64,000 nt of DNA from Marsupella aquatica (taxonomy: Eukaryota > Plantae > Marchantiophyta). Position numbers and translations under genes: made by a program. Shown here in pieces: positions 27,321-40,600 of the stretch (within the stretch, counting starts at the first letter, position 1; every line of letters begins with the position of its first letter). The notes under the pieces were generated by a model. That model was given only the letters and a program-made list of their open reading frames with translations, had not been told where the DNA came from and searched no databases. Where the stretch lies: assembly GCA_973895155.1 (NCBI GenBank), contig OZ316894.1, positions 18,700,805-18,764,804 on the forward strand, written 5' to 3'.

Positions 27321-30300
27321 ATGGATGAACCTACTGATAGTCGAGATCCTCGTCAGAGAAACCCTGTCCAAGGATACAACAGAAATTCGAGGATGATCCC
27401 ACTAGGAACTAGTACACAATCGGGTCCTCGGGAAACTACTGAGCCAGTGACACTTCCACTATATGAATTTCCAACATTCCCAGCCTCGTATCACCAATAC
27501 AATTATCAACCTGAAGGAGAATCTGGATGTGGATCAAATAGATGTGGAGGTGGAGGAAATAGAGGTGGAGGTGGGGCAAACAGAGGAAGGAGACAGATGA
27601 TTGCGAGACCTCCTCCAATAATTTGCAATCGAAGGAATTATGATAAACCAGTGAGTCGTGCTATATATTGTCCTCAACAAATTTGGGAGGCACAACAAGT
27701 GGACACAGGCAATCAGAGTTGCTACATGCAAAGAGTGAAAAAATTCAGGCCTCCAACATATGTTAGTCTACCTGGGTCAACGCCTTGGGGTGGTGTCTAT
27801 GATGGAGGTCAATTCCGGGAAAATACTGCTCAGTGGCATATTCGGGAAATTGTGGCATCTCAAGAATGGGCCCAAAATACTGGTTCCGCTGACATATCAG
27901 GATGCTTTTTGAGAATGACAAATGTTGGGCAACACAAAGACGACCTGGACAAACTAGGTGGTGCAACACTAGATTCATATTTTCTATCGGGGGACACCGA
28001 ATGGAGAAACGTGTCTCGGTTTGATAAAGTAGTATACATTCCAGACCCCTCTTGTCAAATGACGCCACAACAAATAAGACATTACCATGTTGAGGCGGCT
28101 GGTTGTTCAGGTGCAATAATTATTGTGCCTTCACAAGGAACACGTCGACGTAAACGAGATACCGGACAAAATATCCATGGTCACTCGACTGCACGTTCAG
28201 GTAAAGCAAGCAAACATTTTTGTCATCATTGTTACTAGATTCTTAGATTATGACATTTTTCTGCTCTTTCCCAGCAAGTCTTTGGATATGATTTGCATAT
28301 TAATTGAAACTTTTGTCTATTCAGAAGATTCCCCAACGACAGAGCATCGTCAGGCATTTGAAAATGAAACAGAACATGCGCAAAGTCCTTCACAGTCATG
28401 GAATTCTAACACTCAAAGAGAGAGCTCAAACTTGAGCTTTGTAGCTTCTGAGTCTGAAGGGATTGAGGAGACAGAAAACTTGCACGACCCCACAATAACT
28501 TTGACAGGTAAGGATATCAACTTCATTTGTCTTGATCGATGCACAAGTAATATTGAGTAACAGGTAAATCATTTCTAGCTCCATTGATGTGAAAAATACA
28601 CCATGAAGCTTTATGGATTATATAGTGTAGCTTCTATGTAATTGATCGAATTAGGTATCTAATTGCTTATTGCATTGTTCTGGTTTGAAGCCCTGCAAAA
28701 TCTGTCAAGAAGATCCTCTAATTTGTCATCTCCATTAACGAGCTCGTCACCTCAATTGGGAAACCCTTCGACTTCTGAGTTTCAAACCCAGCCCAATGAC
28801 AGCTCACCTTCACCCCATGGTGACTCTTAAGTACATGCATCCTTTGAGTTTCCTTGGCCATAGATCACTTTAGTTTAATAATTATTCAATTTCTTACATG
28901 TTAGCATGGGTGGGGGTTAGTTTGTAGGTGTACGTATGAAATTAGTATTGCACAGCATGCATATGTAAGATCTATGAAAGCATGTTCTGAATGAGGCTAT
29001 GGGCTGCAAATGATTGCTCTTCTTGGTTGTGCATTTTGTACCGCATCCCCTCAATTTTTGACCAACATGGTTTTTGTTGTGCGCTTCTGGTGGTGTTCTG
29101 TTTGTCTGCCTTGTTGTGGGCAGTCCTTTTGTTTATCTGTCAACACCTTGCCAATAGATTTTTGGAGATGCTTTTTCTTTGAAACTACAGTGGAATGACC
29201 CTATCAATCCAACGCACTCCAACAGGTCAATGGCCCTCTTCTCTCCATATTACTCTCACTTACAGCACTGACTCCAGAATGAGCCTTACTGAAACCAAAC
29301 TCCTAGTGACTGTGATGGAATCACTGCAAGTGGAATACTTGATGCTCATTACCAGGTAATCATGGCCCCAGGACGCAACCCTCGAATTGACATCCACTGA
29401 CCCTGCTGATCAAGGTTGGTTGTTGGCCATTTTGAGAAAAGCACTTCCTATGACCCTGGAGTTATAGGTGACATGATTCCAAACAAACTCCAGTAGATAT
29501 GGAGCAGAGACAGGTGGGGTGATTGATGCTCCAAAGCTTACTTGTGGTATGCAAGATGAGCCCCAATCCTGCTTCAGGTGTTTCCTTCTTTTGCATTTTA
29601 GTGCAACAAAACAATTCACTGATGAAAGCATTGGGGAATCTTGAAAGTTTGGCCACTTCAAGATCGACTACCGACCAATGAGTTTTTTATTGCAAGCGTG
29701 TTGAAGCAAGTTTGTACATGTTTTCTTAGCTCAAGAGGAAGACCCTTAGTACACACTTCAAACCGTAGCAGCCATGGTATTTTCCATCAACGCTGATTAG
29801 TATGAGGAACAAATGGAGTGTCTAGCATCATAGGCTTGTGTGCAGCCAGCCAAAGCTTTGAAGCAAAAAACATTCTTTAGTTCTGCTGAGTAAAATGAAA
29901 TCATATCGCACTCATCACAGTTCTGATCATAATGTACACCTGCATTTAGGAGAGTAGAGTAATTAAATGGTAAATCATTGGCATACTAAGTCATCGGTCT
30001 TTTGGTCAACTTTTGTATAAGGAATTTTCAAGACATTATTTTGCTTTTCTCAGCCTGCTAATTATTGCTCTATTGCTCTCCATTAGATGCTCTGGTCTCT
30101 TCATGTGGATTCCCTTGCCTGACCTCATACAACTTTTGTAAAGTTTCTATATATCTAAGTCTTGAGTTACAGTTATGGCCGAAGCTCAATCTGGATACCA
30201 AGCTTTGAGATGCTTTACTGTAGTATGTAAGACTTTTCAAGATGTCTACAGTAAGGCAATAGTAGGTTAACAATGCTGCCATGAAATCATAATATATATT

Positions 30301-33300
30301 AAAAAGGGTATAGAGTGGCTATGTGAGTGAAAGCAATCTGACAATCCAACCCTAATGTGAACATTGGGTAATTGTGAAACATGATACAGGTGCATTATTA
30401 CTGCCAACTTTACCTTTACGAGCTCATTCATTTCAAACTTCAAGAACCAGAGGTGTTTTGAACGAAGCTATACCTGCACAAGGAGCCCTAGTCTTTGGAT
30501 CTTCAAGACATGAGAATGAAGTAAGCCTTGTAGGGACTGTTCATAGTCCCATCATATTGGAAAATGAAGAGGTTATTGAAAGACAATCAAGATTACAGTT
30601 ACAAAGAGGTAAGTGAAAATGTCAGAATTGTGTGTTAATTAGGGTTCAGGATTTAGAGTTAAGGATTTTGATTCGGGTTTGGATTGATTCTTATAATATG
30701 TAGGCTTGAGTGGATGGTTGAATATTTTTAGAACTATTTTGTGATTGTACAGGCACACCCGAGAATGATCGATTTGAGGATGATCTTATAACAAGTGAGA
30801 CAGAGACGTTTGCCCTGCTAGATGCGTATTGTGCAGCACAAGAGCGGCTTCAAAAATTGGATGAAAGCATAAAGTTGCCTGTGGATCAAGCACCAAATCA
30901 AGCCATGGCAATCTTTTGGGAAAATTTTGATGCCGTTTTAGTAGAGGAACACAATAAAATGGATGCTACAGTTGCTTGTGCAGATCTGGAATTCCTTCAA
31001 CATCGAAGAGAAGCAAAATTGGGATTATCAGATGCAATGCTGGAAGATTTTGTTACACCAGTGTTAAATGGTTTAGAAGGCCTAAGTTCGTATACCAAGT
31101 ATGACTTTGGATACTATTTTGAGGCAGCAGCCATTCCAAGGTGGCACATGTGGGAAAATTGCAAAAACTCATACCCGATCTTGTTCCTGAGTTTGTTCAA
31201 AACGATTTGGACAGATCATTACAAATCTTCAGGTAATTAATGGTTGACATGTTTATTTCAGTGTTCATTTTAATCAGATGTAGTGAGCTGAATGCATTCC
31301 ATTATGATTTTTGTAAATTTAAAGTGAATAGTTTTCATTGTTGAATTTAACAACATACTGTGGATTGTTGAGCATTATTCAGAGATTATTTGCTTACTCC
31401 ATCATACGGGAAAGGGAAATTTTCAGAAGCCCGCATTATCTCTCTGCGCGACGAATACATTGCATGGATTGGAAAATGTCAGCTTGAAGAACCAACGCTT
31501 ACAAGTTGTGAAAATATGTACATTGAAGCCAAAAAAGAAACTGAAAGGACAAAATACTTGTTAAGGGTCCATCAGATTTCTGACATTGGACTTTCTCACT
31601 TTCGGAAACTCTATAGGCAGGTTCCACAAATTCGAATTCAGGTAATGTAGAAACAAAAGAAACCCAGTCTTGAAAATGTTCGTACTTATCTATAGACTTG
31701 TTGTATTTAATGTCATTTTGCATTTAAGTTTATACATCTAAATAACTTTATTTTGTCTGTGCAGTTTTATGACGGTGATGAGTTAACTGCTATTCGAAAG
31801 ATGTGCCAAGAAGCCTTGAGAAGACAAGAGATATTTGGAGATTTTGCAGCAAAGTTAATCTACACAACACATAGTGGAGAAGTAACACTGGAGGAATCTG
31901 AAACTGTAGATGCAGGGGGTGTCACAAGTCGATTGTTGACAGGGGCTTGGAAGACTCTGTTTAGTGGAAGTGCAATAAGTTTTCTTGATCATGAATCAAT
32001 AATTTTGTTCAAAACTAGCTAGTCCGAGGACTAGTCATGCAATTCAACCTTGAATCATAATTAACATATTTATGCAATGCAAGAATTCTATGCAGTTTTC
32101 ACAGAGGGATGTGGCGGGCTTCATCATCTTAATTCCAAAAAACAATTTACAAAAATCTCCAAGAAAGATGTAAGTCATAAATAACAATGTAAAGTTTTTA
32201 AAATATTATTCAATTGTAGTGTTCCAGACTGTTTCAATGGTTTATATCATTGCTTCAATTTTTTTAATGTTATTGACTAGGTTTTTACTTGTCATATTCC
32301 ATCAGGTTCAACTTGTTGGTCAACTCATGTTTCTTCTCATATTGAAAAAGAACAAGTTCATCGTCCAATCACAATGGCCACAATTGCTCATGCCATGGGT
32401 AAATGTCCCTCCCGTGAAGATATTTACATGCAAGTGCAACAAGAAAAAACAAAACGATCAATTTATATAGAAGATTTTCGAGTTGTTCGACCAACATGGT
32501 ATGTAAATGTACCTAGTGGGAACCATGCACTTTGTTGTTATACATTATTTCTATGATATTATTGTCTTCTCATTTTATACTGTGATCTTAATTTTATAGG
32601 TAATGATCAAACTAATTTTTTATTGCAGGTATGGTTTCATGCAGTCTTTGATTAATGCTCCAGAAGAATCAAGAGAGGGTCTCATTGACAGCATGGAGGA
32701 TATAATGCCTGAATATTATTGCAGGGTTGTAACACTTGACCCAAACTGGTCAACTGAAGCATTTCAGAAAGCAACTACAAAATTGTATGCAGATATCATA
32801 TATGAGACTCTATTTGGAGCTTGCAGCCTGGTTGGTGCACTACTTCATGACGGATTCTTCTCATTGGCGAAGACTGTGATGGCATCTCCCTTCATTAACG
32901 AGGCTGAAAAGAAGCTTGTGTTGACAAGTATATTTAAAGACATCTCTGTGAAAGCCATGCCAGCATTTTTCAGTGCGCAACAAGGAATCACAAATAGAGA
33001 GTTTTTGTCAAGGGTCAGATATTCAATAGATTTTCCACCAGCATTGAAAGACTTATTTCAAGAAGCAATTGGTCAATTTTCTGGTGTTGAAACCTATAGA
33101 TTATATAGGTTTATTACAGATGAGAAATACAATGCAGGTACAATATGTCATGTGAATTTTAGCCCTAGTCAACCTTCGAGCTCTTTGCCTATTGCATCCA
33201 CCTGTTCTAAACAAATTGATATTCCTGCATATCCAAATGTGGAAGTGATGCACTCCAAGTTGGTCATGGCTAGTTTCAACACCGCCTACGGCAAGTTATA

Positions 33301-33301
33301 A
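27321..33301 (+). CDS. Transposon-borne HECT-domain E3 ubiquitin ligase-like protein, ~10 exons
   Basis: Approximate exons: 27321-28200, 28325-28507, 28691-28819, 30390-30608, 30753-31232, 31383-31641, 31775-31970, 32095-32169, 32281-32498, 32629-33301. HECT N-lobe motif ESETVDAGGVTSRLL. C-lobe RLYRFIT..LPIASTCSKQIDIPAYPNVEVMHSKLVMASFNTAYGKL* with catalytic Cys (33203-33205) and an aromatic residue at -4. Two junctions are not cleanly resolved. Confidence 0.8.
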
Positions 33302-34198
33302 GGATTATTATCTTCTGATAAGATTCAACAAAGGTAATTTTTCAACCGTTGCATGTGTTAATTGTATTGTGGAAACTCGTATTGTTTTTTCTCAGTATCA
33401 TTAATGTGAATATATTTCATGTTGTTTTTTCAGGATTTTCAGGCTATACACTCTGCAAGAGACGATAGAAATGCAATGGCTTGGAAGGATCACAGAAGAA
33501 AACATTGTTGGATACCGGATAGCCTCCAATAGTTATTTTTTATCTAGCTTGCTAATCATCAAGAATTAGTATTTAAGGCAAAAATTACTTATCTTTGAGT
33601 TTGGAAGCAACACAATGTACTTTTGATTTTAAGTAATGTGATTGAGAGTTCATTTCAAAGTTGACAGAAATTGCTATTTATTAATCTATCTTGTGTAATG
33701 GTTGGTAAAGACTTTGGACTGTTCAAACTTCACAATAATGTCTCTATCATAGCCTGAATGGAACTGATCATTTTGAATCCCAAAACTTCTACCAAAGAGG
33801 CAGTTCAAAATATTTTTGACACATTAGTAAATATATTAACGTTCCATTGAAAGTAGTGGCACAAGAGTGTTTTTGTAGAACCTGCAAAGAAATACACTGT
33901 CAGCTCTTACAACCTTGAGGAGTACTTGCAGTTTCATCATGATTCAACAAGAAAGGCACTTCTAAGGCCAATATTGTCCAAAAGACGAGCATTGCAGGAT
34001 GCACAGACATAAACATTTTCATCATGATTCAACAAGAAAGACACTTTTAAGCCCAATACTATCCTGTGCTTGGATGCCCAATATTTTCCAATCCAAAAGA
34101 CAAGCATTGAAGGATGCAGAGGTATAAAGGACTTGTAGACCTATATAATTAGTAACTTTAAGCATGTCAACATTTGGGGGTAATTGTTTGTTCAGCAG

Positions 34199-34671
34199 TC
34201 AACACCAGGCCTCTAGTTGCTCCATAACATCTCTAATTTTGCCATTGAGGGATGCACGATTTGTCCTTTGAGGATCCCACCCACCTCAGAATGATATACT
34301 CCCTATCTCAATTAGAGTGGACTAATAAATTTCATAAAAATAGAAGGCAAGAAGGAGGTGCTTGTCTGTTGTGATCAAGGCCCATGTCCCAATGATAGAC
34401 GAGTCAAATCCATTGGGAAGAGTAAATCCATCAATGGAGGAGTTGAACCAACATGCACACTTACTTGGCCATGGTTGAAACTCGTAGATATGGAGTAACA
34501 ACATTCTTCCCGGATGACTAACCTAATCCTTCAGGTTGGCCTCTTCTTTCCTTGAAACTTAAAAGTATTGGCTGAGTAAAGTACAAATTTTCTCCCCGTG
34601 TCTACGAGCCAACAAAAAGTACAGTTGGACAGTTGGACATTTCTGGTTGGCTTGTAGATAAGGGGAGACAT
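34199..34671 (-). pseudogene. Possible fourth passenger gene remnant, unknown product
   Basis: MSPLIYKPTRNVQLSNCTFCWLVDTGRKFVLYSANTFKF.. continues through stops and a frameshift into WFNSSIDGFTLPNGFDSSIIGTWAL..GGWDPQRTNRASLNGKIRDVMEQLEAWC*. More GC-rich than its flanks. Confidence 0.3.
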
Positions 34672-35229
34672 TTTCACTTTACGGAACCGTACAGAGAAAA
34701 AACAACTATGTAAGGAGAGAAAAAAAACATTCACACTTTTCAAGATGATTTATTTTGGTCAACTTTTTTTGCTTCTTCATTGATTTGGTATATAAATGTG
34801 TTTTACTCTCAATCTTGATTGAACGTTATGTTTTGCTCTTTGAATTTTTTTTGTTCGGTGTAGGAAATATTTTGTGAGTTTTCACTCATGAGTAGAATTC
34901 TTGTGAGTTCAAGGATTGAAAATTTTCAAAATATTGTATACAAAAATGAAGGATGAAATAGTTTTTGAATTTCAAAAAGTGGAGAAAAAATATGAATTTT
35001 GTTAGAATATTTTTAAAAAATAATTAATGTGTGAATGATTTTATGTATCACATGATAATGTTCAAAATGTTTTTGTTGAATTACTGAAGTGAGTGAGAAA
35101 TTATTTCAAATTACTTCAAACGCGTGCAAATTACACTTTAGGGTATCCTACAAAATAAGTTGGGGTATTTGTATTTTTCTTGTGAAATATTGAATATTTT
35201 CTCTCTTTAGACTCTTTTTCTGGAAAAAA

Positions 35230-35255
35230 CTCCCCGCAACATTTCGAACACTATA
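35230..35255 (-). repeat. Right terminal inverted repeat of the IS3EU-like element
   Basis: CTCCCCGCAACATTTCGAACACTATA followed by TSD copy ACCGAG. Confidence 0.85.
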
Positions 35256-35566
35256 ACCGAGTGACCCTCTCCGGTTTTGGGTTGAGCATACCAGAGGGCA
35301 AAAATTTCATATGAAAATCTCATGAATTATTTTTAAGCAAAAGCTGAACTCTAGAGACTCTGATGTAGAGTAAATAGTCTAGACTTTGACTCTTGGTGGC
35401 AACCAGTTTTGGGGTGGGCAACGGAGGCCCTGAGCAAAGCTTAAATAGTCAGGCTAGAGCAATATGATACAGGAGCGTGCTGAGAATATGAAAATATTTA
35501 ATTATATGTTAAGTGGCTGGACCGGGCCATAGTTTTCCCGGGAGACAAGTATCGATAAAACTATTG

Positions 35567-35810
35567 CTCGGGAGTGCTTAAACTGCCTATGTCCCATAAG
35601 TTATGGGAGAACCAAACAGTTAATTTGGGAGTTATTTTTTCTCACTTTTTGTTGTTGTTGCTAAAACTATTACTGATTTATTATAAAAATACTGCTCGGG
35701 AGTGCTTAGACTGCCTATGTCCCATACGTTGTGGGAGAACCAAATAGTTAATTTGGGAGTTATTTTTTCTCACTTTTTGTTGTTGTTGCTAAAACCATTA
35801 CTGATTTATT
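35567..35810. repeat. 128-bp tandem duplication
   Basis: CTCGGGAGTGCTTA.ACTGCCTATGTCCCATA...TTACTGATTTATTAT at 35567 and 35695. Confidence 0.9.
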
Positions 35811-37631
35811 ATGATGCCCTAGATCCACAAGGTTTTGAAAATGGACACCGGTTAGTACACAGCAGTCAACATCATAGAGATCTCAGACGCACCCTGAATT
35901 TCCGCTATTAATTGAAAATGCCTCACCAATGTTTACTTATTTTGCTTGTGCAACTACACTACTGCCAAAAGTACACAAGGAGTTTGTGTGTAGGTGCCCA
36001 TGGCTTAAGGTTGTAATCCCCCAGGGTGTGAGCCCAAGGGGGTTATAACCAAGGCCCCTAAGTTGCCATGGATGAACAAGTGTAAGAGCATCTCCAACGC
36101 TGGCGGGGTTTCTTTACGCTATACCTTTAATACAGCGCAATGGCCCAGCTATTATTGGGATGCGCTATATGCTTAGCAGGGTTTGTCAGAACGCAACCCC
36201 ATTGGTTACGGGATAGTTTCCCTGCGCTATATGACATGGACACGCGTTACTTTATCGGCAAGGCACGTGGTCATCTGTGGTGCTTTCGCTCCCAAAATTT
36301 CAGGGGGTCTACTCTCTGAAGGAAATGCGCAAGCTTGCACCAGCTTGTGCGTTGGACATACTTCCGTTGACCTCTTGCTGCCATGAATTCTCACATTCAA
36401 TTTCACAAATTTGCGCTCCTCTGTGCCCTGGCCTTGGCCTTTTGCTCTTGAACGCAATTGTCTGTGCAATTGAATCTGTCCATCTCTCGAGAGTTTTGGC
36501 TGATATTGCTCCACGAAATCAATGGCACACTTCTTTAAAGTCGTGGGTCGGTTGAGATATTGGCACAAAATCGTAGTGGATTTCAACAATGTGCAATTGT
36601 TGATTGGACAATGTGTATATGATCAATGTCGCTTGCAAATGGAAATTGACACCCTTGCTGCATCATCCTTTTCTATACGGTCAAACACAAATTATCATTT
36701 TTTTCATCCTTTTGGACATTATGTGTGTTCGATATGGAACGTGCTCAATTCGAACAATGGACAGCTGATCGGGCATTGTCTGATGATGACATTGAAGATG
36801 TCTTTGCCGATCACATCACCCAACTGCTTGAAGAAAGTGACATGCTAGAAGAGATGTCCGATGTTTTGAATCAAACACATGGAGGTTCGATAATTGGCCG
36901 CTCCCCAAACATATTTTGGAATCATGTTGCAGGCCACAATCGAATTTGGGGAGATTACTTCTCACAGTTTGCAGCATTTCCACCTCACTTGTTTAGGAGG
37001 CGGTTTCGGATGAGAAGGCAACTCTTTGTCCGCATTCACAATAAGATTCTCCTTGACGATCATTACTTTGTGCAGAGGCCCGATGCTGTTGGGAAACCAG
37101 GCCTCAGCAACATCCAAGAAATGATAGCAACTTTGCGGATGATGTGCTATGGTACGTCAGGATTGGAGAGTCTACTACCATATTTGCCTTTAAGCACTTT
37201 GTGGAAGCTATAGTGAATTTCTTTGGATACGAATACCTTCGGCATCCTACAGAGGAGGATGTACGAAGGCACATGGAGATCAATCGAAAGCGAGGCTTCC
37301 CAAGAATGTTTGGGTCCCTGGATTGCACTCACTGGACATGGAAGAATTGCCCAGTGGGAGAGCAAGGCCAATTTTGAGACAAGGATGGTTTAAATTCAAT
37401 TGTCCTTGAAGCAATTGCAACCTCAGACCTCTGGATATGGCATGCCTTTGCTAGTATTCCTGGATCTAATAATGACATCAATGTCATTGATAGATCTCTA
37501 CTCTTGGTGAACTTGTTGAATGGGGTAGCTCCAAATGTTACATTTTCTGTGAACGGCCATGAGTACAAAATGTTCTATCTCCTGGGGGATGGCATCTACC
37601 CTGACTACACCATCTTTATGAAAACCATAGC

Positions 37632-40600
37632 TGTGATGCCTAGCCAGGAATCACTTGGCCAGTTAAGTGGGTAAAGCAAGAATGCACCCTAGAAACACCT
37701 TAGTATAGGGACCAAACAAGGAAAATATAAACAATTAGGGGCGACTATGGAACCCGGGCCGAGGCCGGAGGTAAGGACGCTGGGGGTGAGAACTCGATTA
37801 GGGTTAGGGCGCGCTAAGCATCGGCGGCTAGGAAGGATCAACGGGAGGAAGGACCGGAAGAGGAGAGGGGTAAGGAGCGCTTGCAGGAGATGGTGGCTCA
37901 TTTGTGAGCACGAACTAGGCAGACGACTACGAGAGGCCAACTACTGTCAGCTGCTTAGGCAAGCACTCGGGGAGAGAGTAGATACCGACGATCGACCTAA
38001 GGAGGGTATGAGCAACGTCAATCAAGCGGCACATTTCTGGGGATGCCTGTTCGAACGGGCAACTGAGTACATCAAGACTTACGAGGACGAAGAATCAGAA
38101 AGGGCAGCTCGAGAATGGCAAGAGCTCGCTCGATTGTGGGAGCTGCAGAAGACGGCTTTCTTAGGAGGCAAACTCATCAAGGACGAGTTCTTGTGGACTC
38201 CTACTTCCAATCAACTCGACGATCTTTTGTTTTGCGAAGACAGAATCATCGGCATTCGAGAGGCCATCAAGAACTACAACGACATACACTGGGAATTGAA
38301 GGGTAGCACGGAAAGGTGGACCCAGGCAACGGTGCTAGGAGAAACCTCCACGGCAGCAGAGATGAAGAGGAAGGGAGCCGTCAACGATGAAGCCACCCCG
38401 GCAAAAAGAACGAGGTCGGCGGCACCAAAGAAGCTAGCCGAGCAGCAGAGCAGGAGGCAGGGAGAAGCCGAAGAGGAGGAGGTCGATCCCATCAATGCCA
38501 TTCCAACCAGGGATGACACCTGGAAAGGCTGGGCGGCAACCCTACCAGTGGAGGTGCAACTACATTTTGCACGGGAGGAGGATGCATGCTTTACGGCCAT
38601 GCAGACCAAGAAGTACCAAGGCTTCATGGCCGGATCCGGCTTAAAGGCCTTTGTAAGATTACCATGGCTGAAGCCGGAGGTACCAGATTCAGACCTATTA
38701 GAATTCGTGGGGTCATGGGAACCCGAGACCAATTGCACGAGGATATATGGGAAGGATTTCTATCTTACTCCCAAGGTGATTGCCGAAGTGTTTGGCTTGC
38801 CGATAGGCAATAAGACCAAAGTTGATACCAGGAAGACCTTGCCTGACAAGGAGTTCCGGTCGTTCCCCGGGCCATCAACGAAGAATGGCTTCTTCCGAAA
38901 CACCTGCACCAACCCGCACATAGGAGAGATGATCGACTTCTTGCGGGTGACCATGCACTGTAACTTGCCGAGGGCAGAGATCGGCAAGGCACAGGTCTAT
39001 CTGGCAGAGAGGCCAGACCCAAGCCGGGACTACAACGGGTACCTCCTCAACCAATTGAAGAAGATCTTAAAGGAGGAGCAGCAGGTAATCGGCATGGGGA
39101 GCGTGTCACGGCTTGGCTATCACATGCCGCTGTTGTGCCGGTATGCCAGAGGTCAGACCTTTGCCCCACTACTTCCCCTGCAGGTAAGGACACCCGAGGA
39201 AGCTCCAGCACCGAGGCCGGTAGCAGAGAAGCCTCAACCACCTGTTAGCCCTACGATTGATCAGGTGTTTAGGCCAAGGAAGGAAGACTTGCCGATGCAG
39301 CAACCAGGCATGCAGAATCTGCTGAAACTGCTGGAGAAAGAAAGGAGATCGGCATCGGCAACGACAACGGCAACGACAACAATGCAGGACACTGCCCCAG
39401 AGGTCAACCTAAGCAGACTTAGAAGGGAAAACCCCTTTACCGGAAGTAAGGAGATCAGGCCAGAATCCAAGCCGGGTGTTCGAATGTACGTGGGAGTCTC
39501 AAGCTCTGAATCTGAGGCAGAATTGCCTGAAGCTCCTACCGACGAAGAGGAGAGGGAGAAGCAGGAAGTCCAAGAAGTAGAGGAGGCAGTGGAGGACTAC
39601 AGCCATGATAACTCCGACTATGGGTCGGACCATCACGTTCCAGTAGTAAGAACCTGTGGCCGGTTTATCCCCACACTTCCAAGGGTAGTACGAGGGGACC
39701 CCAACCAGCAGAGTAGCCCTGAGTCTCCCCCACCAGATGTTGCTCCCCCGAGCTTTGACGGCATAAAACAGACGGCGCAGGAATTTTAGGAGCGAATCAG
39801 GCAGGAAGAGGAGGCAGCCCTGGCTAGGGAAAAGGATTTGCTAGGAGGAGATTGGCCGAAGGACATCAGGCGGCTAGCCAAAAAAGGAAGCAAACCTCTA
39901 GCCACGATTGAAGAGATCCGCAAGACAGCTTGGGAGCAGAGGCCGCGATGGGCGATGCCGATCACTTCTACTTACTCCACCTACGCTAAGAATAGAGCCA
40001 TGGAGTATGGTGAGATGTGTGGGGAACTTGCGCTCGGCATCTTTGGGGAGGAGTTGGAGGTAGGACCCTTTTTCCATAGGGAGCAGTTGGAGAAGCACCA
40101 ATTAGAAGAAGCGGTGGCTTTAGAGAGAAGCAAGAAGGACGAGGTCATCCGACGGCTTAGGAGGATGGAAGCCGAGATTGAAGATCTAGGGGCGGCCAAG
40201 AAAGCCCAAGATGAACTATGGATTAAGCGGCATGAGCTGAACATCATGCAGGGGCAATTGGACACCGCGCAGGCTGATAATCAGATTATCAAGGATAAAC
40301 TGACTCAGACCCAGGGAGAATTGGCCGACGCGATCAAAGAGAGGGAGAAGTGGAAGCGAGAGCTGAGGAATGCAGAGGAGGCCCACATAATAGCCAACAA
40401 CCGGGCCATGGCGGAGACCCAAAGAAAGGAATGGGCGTTGAAAGGGGAGCTCAAGAAAATCCGCGGAGCCCTTGAGCAGAAGGAGGCCGAGTTAGGGAAA
40501 TCCTATCAAGGGATTATGGCACTACAACAGGAGCTTGCGTCCCTGACGGCCAGCTTCAAGGCCGACCTACGGGAGAAGGACGAGATGCTCGATCAGACTT

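Larger units (their letters stand above)
11703..35255. mobile_element. Giant IS3EU-like DDE DNA transposon (~23.5 kb including a nested 3.9-kb insertion)
   Basis: Left end TACGGTGTTTGAAATGTTGCGGGGAG (11703-11728) matches the reverse complement of the right end, TATAGTGTTCGAAATGTTGCGGGGAG (35230-35255), at 23/26. Flanks ACCCAG (11697-11702) and ACCGAG (35256-35261) form a 6-bp TSD with one mismatch. It encodes an integrase-core transposase plus a HECT ligase, the gene pair I recall as typical of IS3EU. Confidence 0.85.

Noticed and set aside
28830-30380. Possible antisense gene fragment within the large HECT intron
   Set aside because: Only short interrupted frames, no motif I can name, and no clear termini or TSD.
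36009-36050. Imperfect hairpin GGTTGTAATCCCCC...GGGGGTTATAACC, a possible Helitron 3' end
   Set aside because: No properly placed CTRR terminus or matching 5' TC end identified.
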